This document shows, piece after piece, positions 1-14,469 of a stretch of DNA of 64,000 nt (positions within the stretch are counted from its first letter, which is position 1; the number at the start of each line of letters is the position of its first letter). The notes beneath the pieces were generated by a model, which was given only the letters and a program-made list of their open reading frames with translations, was not told the origin of the DNA and did no database searches. Location of the stretch: the NCBI GenBank assembly GCA_013239625.1, contig MU054323.1, positions 18,928,819 through 18,992,818 on the forward strand, given 5' to 3'. The position numbers were made by a program, and so were the translations under genes. Source of the stretch: Lama guanicoe (Eukaryota).

Positions 1-2789
1 ACAGACACTAACAGTCTTCTTAGAGAGGAAGGGCAGACAAAATTAAAAAAAAAAAAAAAAAGGTGTTTGAACTGAAGCAAAGTTCTCTGTGGTTAGCTGT
101 TACTCCAATTTAATAACATTGCTTTGCTGTTTGAACTAAGGAAAGGACCTTCACATCTAGAGTCCTTGTCCTAGTGATGGAAATGGCAATGTCACCAAGA
201 GGTAAAGATGATTCTCAAGTGACATTAGGTAGAGGGTGTAGGATGCATAGGTGGCAAAAAGAAAAAAAAAAATTACCTGATTCAGAGAATTGACCCTTGA
301 GGAACGAAAAGTTGTCTCAAGAAGAGAGTCAATGAGAAGACAGAGCTTTATGAGCATTTAGCAAAAGAAGAAGTTGGCAGCTTGGTAAAAGATGGCTCCA
401 ATAAAGGAGAGTTCTGCCCCGTGGGGAGGGGGGAGGCGATCTCTGAGATTTCTTATTAAAGTGTTACAGTTCCAATACAAGTTGATTTGTATGCTTGGCA
501 AGATATCCAGGACTCTTAAAATTTGAAGAGAACATTGAATGCCATCCAAAACTTCAATTCAAATTTTTTTTTAAAGTTTACTTGATCTGTGAAGAAAAAT
601 GAGATATTCGGAAGTTAATTTTTTTATATATTTGGCAGCTGTTCTTCTCTCAAGTAATAACTTTGAAGAAAACATAATTCTGTGATAAGCATAATGTGCC
701 AGAACAAAGCAGAGACAGTCCTTTGAAATTGAGTTTAGGGATCCAGAGAGGATTTTTAGCTTTACAAGGACATAAACCATGCAGAATAGACTTGTGCTTT
801 CCTTTTCAGAAGAGATCCAGTTTTATTTGTCCATCTGAGAAGCTTCCAGGTTGCCATTTCAGTCGACCTCTGCATTTCTGCACTGGTTTGTATGGGCTGT
901 GTGCATACATATGTACATATACACACACATAAATGCACCATGTTATGAAACAAAAGCCTGGATTCTTTCCAAAAACCACTTGAAACCTATATGCATTGCT
1001 GATAATGTACAAATTATTCTCATGGATCAAATAGACATCTCCTAGGATAGTTAGGACCAATTTTGTATTCTTCTATTTTAAAAATTATCCTAGGTCACCC
1101 ATTTTCTCCTAGAAAATCTTTCTCTTCTTCCACGTATCTTTTCTGTCCTATCCATTAGCATTTCCAGAAATTTCTGTATTCTATAGAAAGACATTCACAC
1201 AAATACAAAAATTTTCTTGAGTTCCCACTGTGAAAACCATGGTGCTCTGCACATATTTGGCACAATATCAAGGTTTTTAACTGACAGGCTGGCACTGAAA
1301 GCTAGCTATGTGTCCCAGGCAGTGCTATACAGAGTGGATGCATGGCTATGAAATTGATATTATAAAATCATTTTTCTAAGGATGACCACAGTGCCATAGG
1401 ATGATACTTATTGCACTTGAACTGGCTAAATCATGCCTTTGAAAGTGGTTTTCTGCAATATTTTCATTGTTCTTTTGTTTTTGTTATTGCTGGGGGTGGA
1501 AAAGGAATGAAGATGGAGGCATATGTCTTGTAACAATATTCTGGGAATTCATAATTTCTCTGTGGGTACAGCCCTTAGGCATATCATTTTTCCCCAAAGG
1601 ACAGTTCAAAATGTAAAATTTTTATTTTATCTTTCTACATCAGAAAGTTCCTCTGAGCTGACAAACATAAAAATTTCATCATATGATGCATAAATTGCAT
1701 CTAATTCATCAAATTATTTCATGACCCACTTTAGAGTGGGAAAATCACAAAGGCTTGAGTCCTGGGGAAAAAAATGGATTTGTAGCTATAGAAAATAATA
1801 GTTCTTAACAATGGCTTTTTTGTGTTTGTCTTTTAAAGCATATAACAGTTTTAGTTACCTAGGAAATTTAAATGCTAGTAAAGTCCTTGACTTTTCACAG
1901 AAATTATTTTACTGATATCTATAGACCCACAAAGTACTGATCTGGAGGCACAAATGGTCTCTTTAATAAATTAGTGTCTAAAGAATATTATTTTCCTAAA
2001 TTTAGCTCTGCTCTTTCTTTTGGGGATTAAGAAATGTTTGTTTTTTTAAGCTTTTGTAGGTCGAAGCTGTTTGTAAACTCTGTGTATTACCAAAACCATG
2101 TACGACATAATCATGTTCCTCACATGCACAGAGAGAATGAAGTAATTTGCCTGTGCCATTTCTGGATGTTACCCATTGTCCTTATGGTTTCACGGAATGT
2201 TGATTACCTATCTCTCTGATGCCTCATGTTGAGAATTACAGCATCACCAACACTTATGTTCATTTCATAGGTATTCTTTTCCCAAATCAATCATAATCTG
2301 GCAGTCAAATTAGGGACATTGTCTTTTTTAGGGTATCACTCAAGCAGTACAGGAGAGGTAGGGGAATGAAATGAGTTGTCAAGTCAAAGTTGAAGATCTT
2401 GTTTGATCAGGTTATCTTGTTTATGGTGAGTACACATTAGCAGCACCCAATCTGTCTTGTTGGTAATTTACCACCATTGCCTTCTCATTGCCTAGGGCTG
2501 GATCAATGTTGGCTAAATATATAAATACTTGAATTAAAATTTATTAGGTGTCCTTCAGAGAAAGTACTGTGAGCAGTTTAAAGGACATAGATATCATGAT
2601 TCCTAAACTCATCCATCATTTGGCATAAAGAAAGCACGAGGTGGGTAAAAGCCTAGTGTTCCTTCTTTTGTCATGAGAAATGGATACTTTAAAGTTTAAA
2701 AGGAGAGAGAATATGTGATGGTGTTTAGTCTGAGTATTATAAATATATATATATATAGTGTTTTCAGTAGTTTGTTTCTGTCTGACATC

Positions 2790-3688
2790 CTTCCAGTTGC
2801 CCAAGGGAAAAACCTTAGAATGATCTGTGATTCCTCTTTCTCAGCCCACCTACACCTGTTTCATAGACAAATTCTGTTGGCTCCAATTTGAAAAGATATC
2901 TAGAATCTTTAGCACTAGATACTCTGCTGGCACCCTAATCTGAGCAATCATCCTTTCTGTCCTAGATGATTGCCAGAGCCTTCTGACTCACTACCCTGTT
3001 AATCCCCTTACTGCACCCCCATCTGTTCTCACTCAGCAGCTAGAGTGATTCATTTAAAATTTAAGTCAGGTCATGCCACGCCAATGGCTTCCCATATGAC
3101 TTGGAGTAAAAGCCAAAGTCCTTCCACATGGCTTGCAAGGCCTTCCCTGCTCTGGCCCTCTGCTGTTTCTCTCACCTCCTCTCTGCTCACACTGCTGGCC
3201 TTCGCTCACACGGATCCAGCCATGCTGGCCACCATGATGGTCTTCAAACCTTCCAGACGTGCTCCTGCTTTAGAGGCTTTATTCTCTTTGTTCTCTCTCC
3301 CCAGACAGCTCATCACACAGCTATCTGCTAGGCTCACTCCTTCACCTCCTTCACCTCCTTCCAGTCATTGCTCAAATCTCACTTTCTCTCAACAGGTTAC
3401 ACTGTCCTCTCTATTTAGCATTGCCCATGGCCTCTCCCACCTCCCTCATCCTCACAGTTCTGACTCTCTTTAACCTATCTGCTCTTTAGTTTTTATAGTA
3501 CTTGTCAATATCAACTATATAATTCATAATTTTATGTTTATGGCTTATTTTCTGATTCCCCCACCAGAATGTTATCTCTTCTAAGGCAGGGAAATTTGTG
3601 TATTTTGCTCATTGGGTATCCTCATGACCTAGAATAGTACTTGGCACATAGTACACAGTCAATGGATAGATGTTGAATAAGTGAATGG
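2790..3688 (+). mobile_element. LINE2 (L2) 3' fragment
   Basis: Pyrimidine-rich L2-type body ending in the typical L2 tail (cctagaatagtacttggcacatagt...gttgaataagtgaatg). Boundaries approximate. Confidence 0.85.
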
Positions 3689-3999
3689 CAGGAATTTATC
3701 TATCCTTACTCACCTCTGCTACAGAAGAAAAAACATGTCTAAGAAGCAAGTGACTTTGAAGATGATCAGTATTTTATCATTTTAGGCATAAATATAACCT
3801 TCAAATACACAGGGGCAAGTTAATTAGCACATTAAGAACTTGATGTATGTTTTACATATTTATCTAAATTTGGGGTGGATACAAAAGAAACAAAGTATGT
3901 TTCTTTACGCTGAGATCACCTCTTGGTTTTAATTGGTTAATGAGCAAATCTTATTCATATTAATTAGTAGAAAAATTGCAACTCTTTATATGACTTTAT

Positions 4000-4300
4000 G
4001 GCATTAGAAACACCTGGAGGGCATGTTAAAATATTGATTGTGAGATCTACAACCACCCTCTCCCTGAAGAGCTTCTGATTAAGTGGGGTCAGGATTAGAC
4101 CAGAGAATTTGCATTTCCAGCAAGTTCCCATGTGATACTAGATGTTACTGCACCGCATTTTTAGAATCATTGCTCTGTAATAATGGTTGTTAACCCTGGC
4201 TGCACATTGAAATTACCTGAATTTGTATTAATTAAAAAATGTGTATTGGTGATTAGGCACCAAATGCATGGATTTATATTTAATTAGTGTGGAGTGGGGT
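4000..4300. mobile_element. MER5A/MER5B-like hAT-Charlie MITE remnants
   Basis: MER5 motifs: cacctggagggcatgttaaa, gaatttgcatttccagcaagttcccatgtgatac, ctggctgcacattgaaattacctg. Confidence 0.7.
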
Positions 4301-4749
4301 ATAGTCAATTTGATAATCATGTCCATCCACTGAAGAAAGACTGTTCTGTTATTATTCAGAGTTAGAGTTTTCATAGTAAGTCAACTGAACAGAGACTCAA
4401 GATACTATTCAAGATGATCAGGCCCTTTGCAGGGAGCAGTACATTATCTCAATTGATCTCATTTCCTTCTAGCATCGTTTTTAGATTTTAATGTGTAGAA
4501 ATAAACCAGAGCATTATTGTCTTCTTTTCAGTTTCCACCACTACTCTCATTTATAATAGACAAGTCCAGACAAAAATGCAAACCTACAAATTTAGGTATA
4601 CTCCCTTTGGGATTCAGTGACATTTTGAGGAAATTTTCTTTCTTTTTTTGTTAACTAATTCTAACACACAACAAGAAGACCAGCACCTCCCTCTTTTCTA
4701 CACCCCTTAGCCCAAAGTTCTCAAAGCTCCTCAGAGTTGATTAACTTCA

Positions 4750-5375
4750 AAGGGTAATCCTTCATGTGCCCACCAGGAGAGGCAGGGCTGCACAGCGCAT
4801 CGTGACCGCTTTCCAGATGTTAAGGTTTCTGTTGCAACCCAAAACTGTCCCTGTTGGAGATGGCATTCAGCGGCTCACAGACAGTTTTTCCAGCCCCAAG
4901 TACCTAAAGAGACTGCAGAAATACCTCCCAGGACTCTGTGCTCCCAAGATCACAGTTCTTCTGGATTATAGCAGCACGCTCAAACATTGTACTTAAAATA
5001 GAACTGCTCTGTCAACATGGCTGGGTCGGGCGGGGTTTTCAGCCTCACCAGCATGCTCAGCTAGAAGCAGCACTCACCTAAGGACAGTTAGGGTCTGCTG
5101 TCACATTTTAGGATGAATTTAGGTGGAGGTCATTTTCCTGCAAACAAATGTCCATCCAGAACATTTCCATCTATGACAGACATTCTAATAAAGTGGATTC
5201 TCAAAGAGAAAGAAATCTGGATTCCTTTTTATCAAGATGCTTCTTGGCCAGTAGGCACACCTTTTCCTCCATACTCCAGCTATCACCTCTGCAGACCTAG
5301 GAAGTTTCAGAATAAGCGTTCTGGAAAACTTCGGAATAAGAGTTACTGTCACATCTTTTTCATACGACAGTGAGT
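4750..5375. promoter_or_regulatory. Candidate promoter/enhancer
   Basis: Non-repetitive, locally GC-richer and retains CpGs. Contains an E-box CAGATG (4814-4819), an RFX X-box-like GTTTCTGTTGCAAC (4825-4838), a GC box GGGCGGGG (5028-5035), and GTGAGT donor-like sites on both strands (minus 5077, plus 5370). Confidence 0.35.
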
Positions 5376-6315
5376 CCTACTAATATACTATCTATTTGCA
5401 TTACTAATCGAGACCATTGAAATCATTATTTTCCTTGTGATGGAAATCTATTCCAGGTTTATATCTATACCATATACTCATAAAAGAGCTAACATACATT
5501 TTTCTCAATTCCTCCTTAACAGAGATTTGCTTTTTCGGCTGAAACTTTCTTCTCTGAACAGACTAAGGAAAGAGACTATGTTTTATTCATTTGATATTTA
5601 CATTTCCCCTCCCAGTCTAGCATACCATGTGGAAAGCACTGATTGAATGTGAAACTGAATTAAATTCCTATCATTTATCCTCTTTCTACTTAGACAAAAT
5701 ATGTCTCTCTAGTGTTTCTATTCTCCTCATTGGAGATACATAAAATAAATATAAAAAGTTCTGAACATGAAATTCTTTCAATGTTTTGATGGCAGCTATT
5801 TCATCCTTACCTTTTTGGTGTTCTTTACTGTAGACCAAACATCTCCAGTTCTTTTAACTGTTTTCATGTGTTAGAAAATAAACAACGCTCACCACCTCAC
5901 CACTTGGCCTTAGATCAGAGATTTTTAATCTCTGCTGCCAACCTTCCGAAACTGTAAATAAAATGTTGCGTGTAGATATTAAGCACACCTTTCTGGGGGA
6001 GATATCCATATAGCTCCTTGTAGATTCCCAGTGAGAGAGTATCTATGATAAGATTAAGCACCACTGATGGAAAAGTTATCCAGGTTTTTGTTGTTGATCT
6101 TAAAATGTGGTTCCCAAACATGTACATAATGTTGTGGGGCAACCAGAGAGAGCATAGAGAAGTCCGTCTTTCTCTTCCTCAAAACATAACGTTTTAATGA
6201 ATGCAACTGAAGCTTCCATGTGCTTCTACCTGTCCTCTGACATTCTTAGTTAACACTAAATTTGTCTGTGAATAAAACTGCTAAGTCTACTACCATAATG
6301 CACAGGGGAACATAC

Positions 6316-6360
6316 TCACACACACACACACACACACACATACACAAACAACCACACATA
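6316..6360 (+). repeat. (CA)n microsatellite
   Basis: Direct reading. Confidence 0.95.
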
Positions 6361-7109
6361 CTCATTATTAAGCTGATTTCCACTACTACTTTTATATATC
6401 CTTTAGTGTAGAATTCATACTCCACATTCGTACCTTCAAGCTTTATCAGTTTGCCATGCCTCGTCATAGTCATAGACATGGTCTTGCATCTTATTTCATG
6501 TATTGATTAACCTTTCTAGTTTGGAGTCATTCATAAATTTGGTAACCATGCCTTCTCTGTTATCTTCCACATTGTTGATAAAGCCATCGACGGCTCTGTA
6601 TCAGTCCATGAAAGACCACCCTACACATTGCCTATGAATCCCTTAATCCGTGCTCTTCGAAGGTTTTCTATTCAGATGTACTGCCTCATCATACAGTACA
6701 TACATAGCTCCCCAGTATTTTAGACAAGATACCATGAGTTTGAGAACGTCTAAATTAAATTAAGATTTACTCTGTCAGCAACGTGCAGTTTGCTAATCTT
6801 GTCACCAAAGAAAATGAGGTTAGTTGGGACAAAACTATGCTTAACACAGCATAGTCAGTTGGTACTGTTAATGACTAGTCCTTTCCTAAAGTTTAGTTGG
6901 CAAATCTAAAACAGCAAGAATTTGAAATAATTATTGAAAGGAGATTATCAGTGCATCACAATATATTAATCCATAAAAAATGCACAATGAAAAGTGAGCA
7001 TTTTAGAATAATGTAAAGTTTAGGAATTTCTATTTTTTTAAATGGATTGTCTTTTAAAATTTGTTTTTAAAGCAACAGATTTGCTCTATGATATAGAAAC
7101 AAGCATTTT

Positions 7110-7332
7110 GTTTTCATTTTTTAATTGAAGCATAGTTGATTTACGTTTTAGGTGTACAGCAAAGTATATATATACTTTTTCAGACTATTTTCCATTATAG
7201 GTCATTATAAGATATTGAATACAGTTCCTTGTGCTATAGGTAGGCCCTTTTTAATTATCTATTATATATATATTAATCCCAAACTCCTAACTTACCCCTT
7301 CCCCCATTTCCCCTTTGGTAACCATAGTTTTG
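7110..7332 (-). mobile_element. 5'-truncated L1 (3' UTR end) with 14-bp TSD
   Basis: L1 tail ttaattgaagcatagttgatttac. Exact TSD gaaacaagcatttt at 7096-7109 and 7333-7346, with a TTTT/AAAA endonuclease site. Confidence 0.9.
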
Positions 7333-8884
7333 GAAACAAGCATTTTAAAAGAATGAGAAAAATTGACGCATTTCAGTGCAATAAGAGCTTATTGTCATTC
7401 TTTCAGTGGCAGAGTAAAGATTCTTTATTAAAAAAAACCCACAGCAACTTATAATCCATATATAAATATAAGGCTATTGAATTATTTATACAAAATTGAG
7501 CATCATGCTTTTATAATATTTTCTCAAAAAGTGAATTTTTTTCCTTATTTGAATGGTGTACAACTAAAATAAAAAATGTTGTAAAGGGTAGAAGCACTAA
7601 TGGATTATTAACCAAATCAAATATTTTAATTGGTTAATTTATCTTAACATCACAGATGGTAAAAATAATATTTATAAAACATCAATAATCATACCTATAA
7701 ATTATAGATACCTTATTAGTTTTAAAATATAATTTATGATGTATTGATTTACTGTGTGAACAACTGATTTATCTATAAATGTCAATATTTTTGTAGTACT
7801 AAAAGTAAGTCAAGAAAGTATAGTTTTATTTTTGGAGTGTGGTGGAGTGAAACAAGAGTGAATAAATAATTCACTAAATAAGAGAAAATTGGAAGCAAAA
7901 TGGAACACATAATTGGGAAATGCCTATTCTTTCTTTAAAAGTCAGTATCTTGCAGTGAGAAAATTTCTCACCATTTTAGGAATACAAAAGCACACAAAAA
8001 CAAAACTTTAGGGAATGCAATAAAGTTATTTTTGTATATGTTTTCTATCAAAGCTTTTAAGGTTTGTGAAACATGTTTATAATCAAAGCACACTTAATTG
8101 CTACAGGAAGGAAAACATGACTACCACAAGAATGAGCTTGATCTTGTAAAACATACCATTTTATTTGCTGAAATGCAAACCATACCTCAGAGTGAAAAGG
8201 CTGTCATCCAGGTCCCTAGTCAAGGAAAAATCTGGAGGTATAGGATAACAGGAAATAAACCATGATAAATTAATTACATAAAATATGCTTTACGTATATA
8301 CAGTTTGGAAAATTACTTGAACTCTTTGCAAAAGCTAAGAACATGTTTTTAGATCAAATGATGTATAAATACCTGTAGAGCCAAAGGAACTTTTGAACCT
8401 GAATTTGTTATGAGTTCTAACATGCACCAGTTGAAGTAACACTCTTAGTAACATCCTTCTCAAATCACATCCATCAATATGTGCCCCACTGCTTGTGTGT
8501 TTCTTGTGTCCTTCCACCTGAAGAATGGCCTAAAATATCTCTGTTAACACCACATCCCCTTCCTGTTCTTTCTCTTTGGGCCACAGAGTTGATTCATGTT
8601 TATTAGTTATTGAATCCTGCCATTCTATTAAGGGAGTGGCTCACTGTGGCTTTTGAATTGTGAGCTCAGTGGTTTATTTCCTTAGGATAACTGAAGTGTA
8701 GAGAACAAAAAAATAGCATCATCCTAATGGATAAAAGATGAGGATCTTCCACTTTTGGTTTCACCACTGTTCCTTCTCCTTTAGAAGTGAGACTTATCAA
8801 TAGAGTCTATGTGGGCGTGCTTGAATAACCTGGGTAGTGAGAAACAGGAGCCTTGGACTGCCCACCACCAGTAACATGTTTATA

Positions 8885-9245
8885 GAAATGATTTGTCGTA
8901 TACCTGTTAGTGGCATGCTACTTAGAAATAAAGAATGAATGATTGTTTTACTCAATAGTATAAATAAATATCACAGATATAAGATTGAGGAAAAGATGGT
9001 TTCATAAAATACAAACTGTATGATTTTTTTATATGAAGTCTAAGAGCTGGCAAAAACTAACCTATTGTGGTTGATTAGAAAGAACGGTGGTTACCACTGG
9101 GTGTGCAGTATATACACTGAGATGGGGCATGGGGGAGCTTTTTCAAATGTTCTGTATCTTAATCTGGCTGATTACCTGAGTGCACATATACATGTAGAAG
9201 TTCCTCGAGCTGCACTTTCCTGTATTATACTTTAATAAAACACTT
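8885..9245 (+). mobile_element. Old L1 (L1ME-like) 3' UTR fragment
   Basis: Motifs actgtatgatt...atatgaagtc, ggtggttacc and aatgttctgtatctt, ending in tatactttaataaaa. Confidence 0.7.
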
Positions 9246-11359
9246 TTAAGAAGTAATATTTAAATGTGGGCAGTTAGATTTAATTTCTGCATACACTGCA
9301 CACTGATACACGAAGTTGTTTTGTTTTGTTTTGTTTTGTTCTTTAGCTACTCTAGTTACTTAGACTTCTACTTAAGACATTTTAAATCTTATTTCTTGTT
9401 TTCTCTTATAGTCCAACTCTCTTATCTTATTTATCCTTCTGCTTTTAACTTAAGCCACCTCAATATTTTGTAACGCACTTTAAATGTCTTTTCTGAAACA
9501 GGCATGTCTTAATCGGCATTTAACTAAAATTCTACATTACTGCGTTTATAATACATTTTATGAAGATTCTGGGTTAAGGCTTCAGAAATAGGGTTAAGAA
9601 ATAGAATCTTATAAGACCCTTTTTAACAAACTTGATCAATCTTGATAGAATACATGAGACTGTTACCTGGCCTTTGAATATCTAGACACCATTGTCTTTT
9701 TTCAGGATTGAGAAAATCATGACTAAGAATTGAGAAACATTGTATAGTATATCTTCTATAATAACAGTTGGCAAGAAATTAATGGAAATATACTTATTAA
9801 ATAAATACAAGTTTTAGAATACCATATTTTAAATATTATTTCTAGTAAATACATCTTTTGGTTAGGTATCTCATACCTGTGCCATGCATCAGATAATAAG
9901 CCAAGACAGCAAGGAGATTAAAATTGATGATGAAGAATCCTGTACTCTATAGTATACCTCTCTCTCTCTCCCATTCTGTCACTTTTAGCCTTCACAGAGG
10001 GAGAAAGAAAATACAGAAGGAAGACCCAACATCCAATAGTATATGGACATTATTGGAAGATCATGTCGACATTTTGTAAAGAGAAGTTCCTTTGCTTTGC
10101 TTTCCCAGAAAATAGGAATCATTCTTTTTTCTTCTGAAACTTATGATTCCAAGAAGCTATAGAATTTCCTGAAAGTAAACAAAAATCTAATCAAGCCATA
10201 ATTTTCATAGACCACATGTGTATGTATGTTTGGTGATGCCTGTCTTCCCCAAATGTCGTAGAATTACTATATGTGATGATGAATTGTGCTCACATCAAAA
10301 GGAAATCTCTGCCTGAAAAAGTGCATCCTATCTTCCTAAAAGTAATTTCCTAAGAAGCACATTCCTTCTAATGTTAAAAATCTCATGGGAATATTATCAA
10401 CCTTCAAGTTTCTTGTTCAGTTGAATTTATGCTCTCATAGGGGAATTGGAGAATTGGAGAGATGATTTTGTTTTGTTTTATTTTGTGTGAGAACACACAA
10501 ATGCATTTCTAGCATAAAAGTGGAGAAAGAAATTTTGTGTATTTGTGATTAAAGAAACAGGTCCTGTATTAGTGATAAAAATTTGAAACTATGTAAGAAT
10601 TCTTATTTTAATAATGAAATTTAGCACAGATTAAGGATTAACTACTAAAATTTTCCTTCATAATGCAGGGTTGAAGAATATATGCAAAGGATCCAATGTG
10701 TATTAACCTTTAGGTCAGAATGATCATGTAACTCTCTTCCTGACAAGTATAATCTCAGAATATAATGATACGCAGTTTCCACTTGCTACAATCAGGCTTA
10801 TGGAAACTAAAATCTTTGTGGGATGCACAATTATTCTACTGTCAGAGGGTCAAGAAGGACACCGATGCTTCCAAAATACATAAACATCCAAGAACTGAGG
10901 TTGGTAAACGTAGAATTTTGTAGAAATATTTATGCTTACTTTTGAAGTTTGTCCTATTTATTCAGAATGTTGAACAATGTATTAATGAGCCATGGATTCT
11001 GGACCATCTTCCATTAGACTATTTTGTCTGAAAACACTACAGCATAAGTGAAATATACTTTTCTACAGAGTATTTGAAACATTTCCAAATACAATGTTTT
11101 TAGTTAAGTAGAATTAATAGGCATTAAAATAACTAGATATTTGTATCTAAACTGAAAAAGTATTCTATATTTAGATTCTCTTAAATTTTATTTTTCTAGA
11201 TCTCCATTTACTGATCTTTTAAGGAAGCTTTTTACCCTGGGAAGATTTATTAAACATGTAAGATCCCACCAGTCTTCACAGAGTTAACTCTGGGTCATCA
11301 GCATCTTTGAACAGAGGTGGGGCTAGTGGACAAAAGCTATTGTCACTGACTTTCCCACC

Positions 11360-11665
11360 ACTCATAGATACAGACAACAAACCAAACAGGTGGTTACCAG
11401 AGGGGAACAGAGCAGGAAATTGTAGGCAAAATCAATGAAATGATTAAGAAGTACAAACCTCCAGTTACATAATAAATAAGTCTTGGGGATGTAATATACA
11501 GCATAAGGAATATGGTCAATAATATTGTAATAACTATATGGGAATAGATGGTTACTAGTTTTATCATGGTAATCATTCATAATGTATACAAAGATCAAAT
11601 CATTACATAATATACCTGAAATTAATGCAGTATTATACATCAATAATTCTTCAATTTAAAAAAAA
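11360..11665 (+). mobile_element. L1 (L1MA9-like) 3' end
   Basis: ctcatagatacagacaac...gtggttaccagagggg...gtacaaacctccagttac, followed by an A-rich tail. Confidence 0.85.
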
Positions 11666-12854
11666 TTATCTTCCTTCAACAGACATTCTTGTTTTGTTGT
11701 TTTTCCTGTTTTCCAAGGTTGAACAGGTTCCCAGACAGCTTGTCGTCTTCCCTTGGAGGCATGAGCTATATCTTTCAGGTTTATTGAAATGGAGAGGCAT
11801 AAAGAAATCATCAGGAAATGCCTTTATACTGGTTTAGCATTAGCCATAACAAATAGACTAACGGAATTTTCTTATACTTCATACTTTTCTCATTAAGTAT
11901 CCCCACTGCTAACAAAACCTTGTGTTGAACTCAACCAACAGGGAAATTACCAGAAATATATTTTAAATACCTAGTTTTTTTTTTAAGAAATGTATACTGT
12001 TGCTGCCAGCTTTTCGAAACTCATGTCATACATATCAGTAATTCCCATTTGTGGATTGCTTTTGTTCTGATATGTTTGATAAGTTGTGAGTTGTAAAGCA
12101 GAAATGAGTTTTCTCAGTGTCTGAAGTTACAGTTATTTATCAAGGCAAGCCAATCCAATAAGCCTTGCTTAGTTTATAACACCAAAATATTGAATATTTA
12201 TAATAAACAACCAGAGGGACTATTATGACTTCAAGTAAGTAACACTTCTAAATTGAATTTAAATGAAATACTATTTTTGACAGAAATATCGTTACCAGTT
12301 ATAGAGTTATAACACAATTATAACAGCATTTTCAAAGATCTTGTTAGACATTTCTCAGACTTGGGTAATAAAAAGATTCCTTTTAAGGAAAAATGACTTT
12401 TAGCTATTCTCATTATAATAATATTTAACCTGTACACATATAAGCTATGTGTCTATGACATTGCAGCTCATATACATCTATAAGAAAAATTACAAAGTGA
12501 GAAAAAAAAGTTTTAACACTACTTTTTTGTCTCCTAGTAAATGAATATAGCAAGCATTTTTTAGTGGAAATGTGAACAGCGTAACTGTTTTGTGGAGATC
12601 TAATGATTTACTCTTCCTGTACTGAGCTTCTGCAAAATTTTGGTTAGTTGACATAAATATTCACTTACTGGGAGTGCGTAATTCATATATAAAATCTGTA
12701 CTGCTCCTTTCTGATCATAGCACAATGATCAAAATACTACATACTATATACAGAGGATTATACACACAGAAGAACACGTTTAAACAACACCTGTCAGTAC
12801 AAAGTAAGAAAGTTGTCATCTGAGAAAAATGTTTTAATTGGTATTTTTCCATTA

Positions 12855-14377
12855 GTCTCCATAACATGAAAGTGCAAGGTGAAGCAGCAAGAGCTGATGT
12901 AGGAACTGCAGCAAGTTATCCAGAAAATCCAGCGAACGTAATTAATGAACGTGGCTACTCTAAATTACAGATTTCAGTGCAGATGAAACAACCTTATACT
13001 GGAAGGAGATGCCATTGGGGGCTTTCATAGCTTGAGACAAGCCAATGCCTGGCTTCAAAGCTTCAAAGGACAGGTTGACTCTCTTGTTAAAGGCTAATTA
13101 AAGTGGTGACTTTAAGTTGGAGCCAGTGCTCATTTACCCTTCTGAAAATCCTAGGGCCCTTAAGAACTATGCTAAATTTACTCTGCCTGTGCTCTATCAA
13201 TGGACCAAAAAAGCCTGGATGACAGCACATCTGCTACATCCCACTGTTGAAACATACCGCTCAGAAAAAAATAGATTCCTTTCAAATTATCCTTGCTCAA
13301 TGGCAATACACCTGATTATCAAAAAGCTCTTATGACTGTGTACAATGAGTTCTCTGTTGTCCTCATCCCTGCTAACACAACATCCCTTCTGCAGCCCATG
13401 GATCAAGGAGTAATTTCAGCTTTCAAGTCTTTTATTATTTAAGAAGACATTGAGTAAGGTTCTAGCTGCTGCAGATAATGATTCCACTGATGGATCTGGG
13501 AAGAGTAAATTGAAAACCTTCTGGAAAGAATTCACCATTCTAGATGGCATTAAGAACACCTGTGATTCATGGGAAGAGGTCATTAGCAGGAGTTTGGAAG
13601 AAGTGGATTCTAACCATCATGGGTGACTTTGAGGCATTTAGGTCTCCAGTAGAGGAAGTTAACTGCAAACGTGGTAGAAACAGCAAGAGAACCAGAATTA
13701 TAAGTGGTGTCTGAAGATGTCACTGAATTGCTGCAATCTCATGATGAAACCGTAAGGGATGAGGAGTTGCTTTTTATGGATGAGTAAAGACAGTGGTTTC
13801 TTGAGGTGGCATCTACTCCTGGTGACGATGCTATAAAGACTGTTGAAATGACAGCAAGGACTTAGAATATTACAAAAACTTAGTTGATCAGGCAGCAGCA
13901 GAATTTGACGAAATTGACTCCAATTTTGAAAGAAATTTTACTGTGGGTAAATAACTATCAAACAGCATTAAATGCTTCAAAGAAATCATTTGCAAAAGGA
14001 GTCGTCAATCCACGTGGCAAACTTTTTGTCTTATTTTAAGGAATTGTCACAGCCACCCCAACCTTCAGCAACCACCACCCTATTCAGTCAGCAGTCATCA
14101 ACAGCGAGGCAGAACCCTCCCCCAGTAAAAGGATTGCACCTCCCTGAAGGCTCAAATGAAGGTTAATGTTTTTTAGCAATATTTTTTATTTAAGGCATGA
14201 ACATTGGTTTTTTTTAAGATGTAATGCTATTGCACACTTAATAGACAGCTGTATCGTGTAAACATAACTTTTGTATGCATGGGGAAACCAAAAAAAATTC
14301 CTGTGACTCACGTTATTGAGATATTCCCTTTATTGCAGTGGTTTGAAGCCAAACTTGCAATCTCTGAGGTATACCAG
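12855..14377 (+). mobile_element. Tigger1-family DNA transposon, 5'-truncated
   Basis: Decayed pogo-type transposase (ORF fragment [18 protein letters not shown]...KAWMTAHL) and a 3' TIR-like tctctgaggtataccag followed by TA. Collinear with the copy at 57741-60128. Confidence 0.95.
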
Positions 14378-14469
14378 TATTTTATTTCTGGGTTAAAAAA
14401 AACTTACCAAGGGTAGCTTTAACAGTGTTTGCCTTGTTCCTTGTTTTTAATTTTATGTCATCAGAAAGT

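Noticed and set aside
3045..3473. 142-aa Ser/Leu/Pro-rich ORF
   Set aside because: It is a chance open frame in pyrimidine-rich L2 sequence.
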